DNA of 64,000 nucleotides from Wolbachia endosymbiont of Folsomia candida (GTDB lineage Bacteria; Pseudomonadota; Gammaproteobacteria; Diplorickettsiales; Diplorickettsiaceae): NCBI GenBank assembly GCA_041949685.1, contig JBHGAL010000001.1, positions 36,015 to 100,014 of the forward strand, read 5' to 3'. Shown piece by piece: positions 62,883 to 64,000 of this stretch (position 1 is its first letter; each line of letters starts with the position of its first letter). The notes under the pieces were generated by a model. It saw only the letters and a program-made list of their open reading frames with translations, ran no database searches and was not told where the DNA came from. The position numbers and the translations under genes were made by a program.

Positions 62883-63334
62883 ATTTCTTCAACTTGATCG
62901 CGCTCAAATTGTTTCTCACAATAAAAGCAACGAAGTTTTATCTGATTTGGAGATCCTGTTTCTAATTTAAAATAACCTTTAGCTTCGATATGATTGATAC
63001 AATTTTGGTTAGGGCATACCAATATGTCGCGTATAGTTTTAGGTAATTCACAGTTAATCTTTTCACTAACTTTAAAATTTTCAATTCGACTTATAGTAGC
63101 ACCAGGAGCAAAGATTGCGACATGCTCAATTTCCTGAGGAGTAAGTAGTCGATTTTCAATTTTAATTAAATCTTTCAATTTTAAAGATGCACTTCGCAAA
63201 TTTAGACCTAAGGTAACACGCTGTTTACTATTAACCACGTGCAACAAACGCATAATTTTTAGTGCTTGGCCTGCTGGAATATGATCAATGACGATGCCAT
63301 TATCAATTGCAGAAACCGAACGAGTTTTGATCAT
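62873..63334 (-). CDS. pyrI: aspartate carbamoyltransferase regulatory subunit
   Basis: 153 aa. It has IDNGIVIDHI and the zinc-domain Cys pairs CPNQNC and CFYCE. Confidence 0.93.
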   Translation of the reverse strand: MIKTRSVSAIDNGIVIDHIPAGQALKIMRLLHVVNSKQRVTLGLNLRSASLKLKDLIKIENRLLTPQEIEHVAIFAPGATISRIENFKVSEKINCELPKTIRDILVCPNQNCINHIEAKGYFKLETGSPNQIKLRCFYCEKQFERDQVEEICL

Positions 63335-63350
63335 AAGTTTAATCCGAAAA

Positions 63351-64000
63351 TTATTTAAGCGTTACCTTGTCAAGTAGTAACGATAAAATCGCTTGTCTGA
63401 TATAAATTGCGTTGACAACTTGTTTAAAATATAAAGCATAAGGAGTTTCATCAATAGCTTTATCAATCTCACGCCCTCGCGGCAAAGGGTGTAAAATATT
63501 CAAATTAGTTTTAACTTTTTTTAACTTATCTGGAGTCAGAACATATTGATCTTCAAATAGCTGATGCTCTGATTGAGTAAACCTTTCTTGCTGTAACCGA
63601 GTCATATATAAAACATCAATTTTAGAAATCACTTCATCTAGACTCGCGTGAAAAGAAAACCGAATACCTTTATATTTTAATTCATCGCAAATTACTTCCG
63701 GTAAGGTTAATAACGAAGGCGAAATTAAAAACAATCTCATGTTAAACAAAGCGCATAACTGCACTAAAGAATGTACGGCTCGTCCGTACTTTAAATCTCC
63801 TACCAATGCTATCGATAATCCTTCCAAATTTCCTTGCATTTCTTGTATAGTGAATAAATCGGCTAGGGCTTGGGTAGGATGTTGATTCGCGCCATCTCCC
63901 GCATTAATAATTGGTTTATCAGAAATCTCTGCCGCTAAACGTGCCGAGCCCTCTAGAGGATGTCGAATTATAATAAGATCAGCATAACAAGAAATCGTTT
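63351..64000 (-). CDS. pyrB: aspartate carbamoyltransferase catalytic subunit (5' end outside window)
   Basis: The frame stays open to the window edge upstream of the Met used in the track. The reverse-complement translation contains HPTQALADL, then GDLKYGR, HPLPR and a C-terminal IRQA. It lies upstream of pyrI. Confidence 0.93.
   Translation of the reverse strand, partial: TISCYADLIIIRHPLEGSARLAAEISDKPIINAGDGANQHPTQALADLFTIQEMQGNLEGLSIALVGDLKYGRAVHSLVQLCALFNMRLFLISPSLLTLPEVICDELKYKGIRFSFHASLDEVISKIDVLYMTRLQQERFTQSEHQLFEDQYVLTPDKLKKVKTNLNILHPLPRGREIDKAIDETPYALYFKQVVNAIYIRQAILSLLLDKVTLK

Overview
This is an AT-rich gammaproteobacterial chromosome segment. Its gene order and content resemble an intracellular Legionellales/Coxiellaceae-type organism; the taxon is inference only, because no database search was possible. 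All calls rest on reading the supplied ORF translations and hand-translating or aligning the DNA.

Most of the window is conserved housekeeping synteny:
- ispD (3' end), ppiD, tRNA-Asp/Val, hupB, lon, clpX, clpP, tig, tRNA-Leu, hemB
- rplM-rpsI-petABC-sspAB, then a RimB-like protease, rimK and rarA
- an LplT-PlsC-Aas fusion and a tRNA Pro-Arg-His-Lys cluster
- coaX, hisC-like, a PmtA-like methyltransferase and rsmJ
- der-bamB-yfgM-hisS-pilW-rlmN-ndk
- guaBA, perM-like, bcp, gcvR, ssrA-smpB, ratA-rnfH, bamE, fur, pyk-pgk, hemDXY and pyrC-pyrI-pyrB (5' end outside the window)

Accessory or unusual content:
1. A ~120-bp palindromic MITE/REP-like element with terminal inverted repeats occurs 5 times, mostly abutting stop codons.
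2. A Gtr/Arn-like three-gene glycosylation module lies next to a decayed UXS/ArnA-like remnant, downstream of the tRNA cluster.
3. An IucA/IucC synthetase plus MFS pair forms a siderophore module resembling lbtA-lbtB.
4. A very AT-rich 741-aa multi-hairpin membrane protein with no recognisable domain sits divergent from an orphan E. coli-type Dam methylase.
5. A LuxR-type autoinducer-domain-only ORF ends inside a MITE copy, next to an XRE/S24-like regulator that lacks the Ser/Lys dyad.
6. A decayed ssrA-linked island carries a P4-type integrase pseudogene and a dinD homolog.
7. A protein with a C-terminal J-domain sits next to a CGTCATTGCGAG-type palindromic repeat.

No CRISPR array, rRNA or intact transposase was seen. 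I did not recognise a clear-cut novel multi-gene defence system. The best candidates for something new are the 741-aa/Dam locus, the MITE family and the effector-like J-protein.
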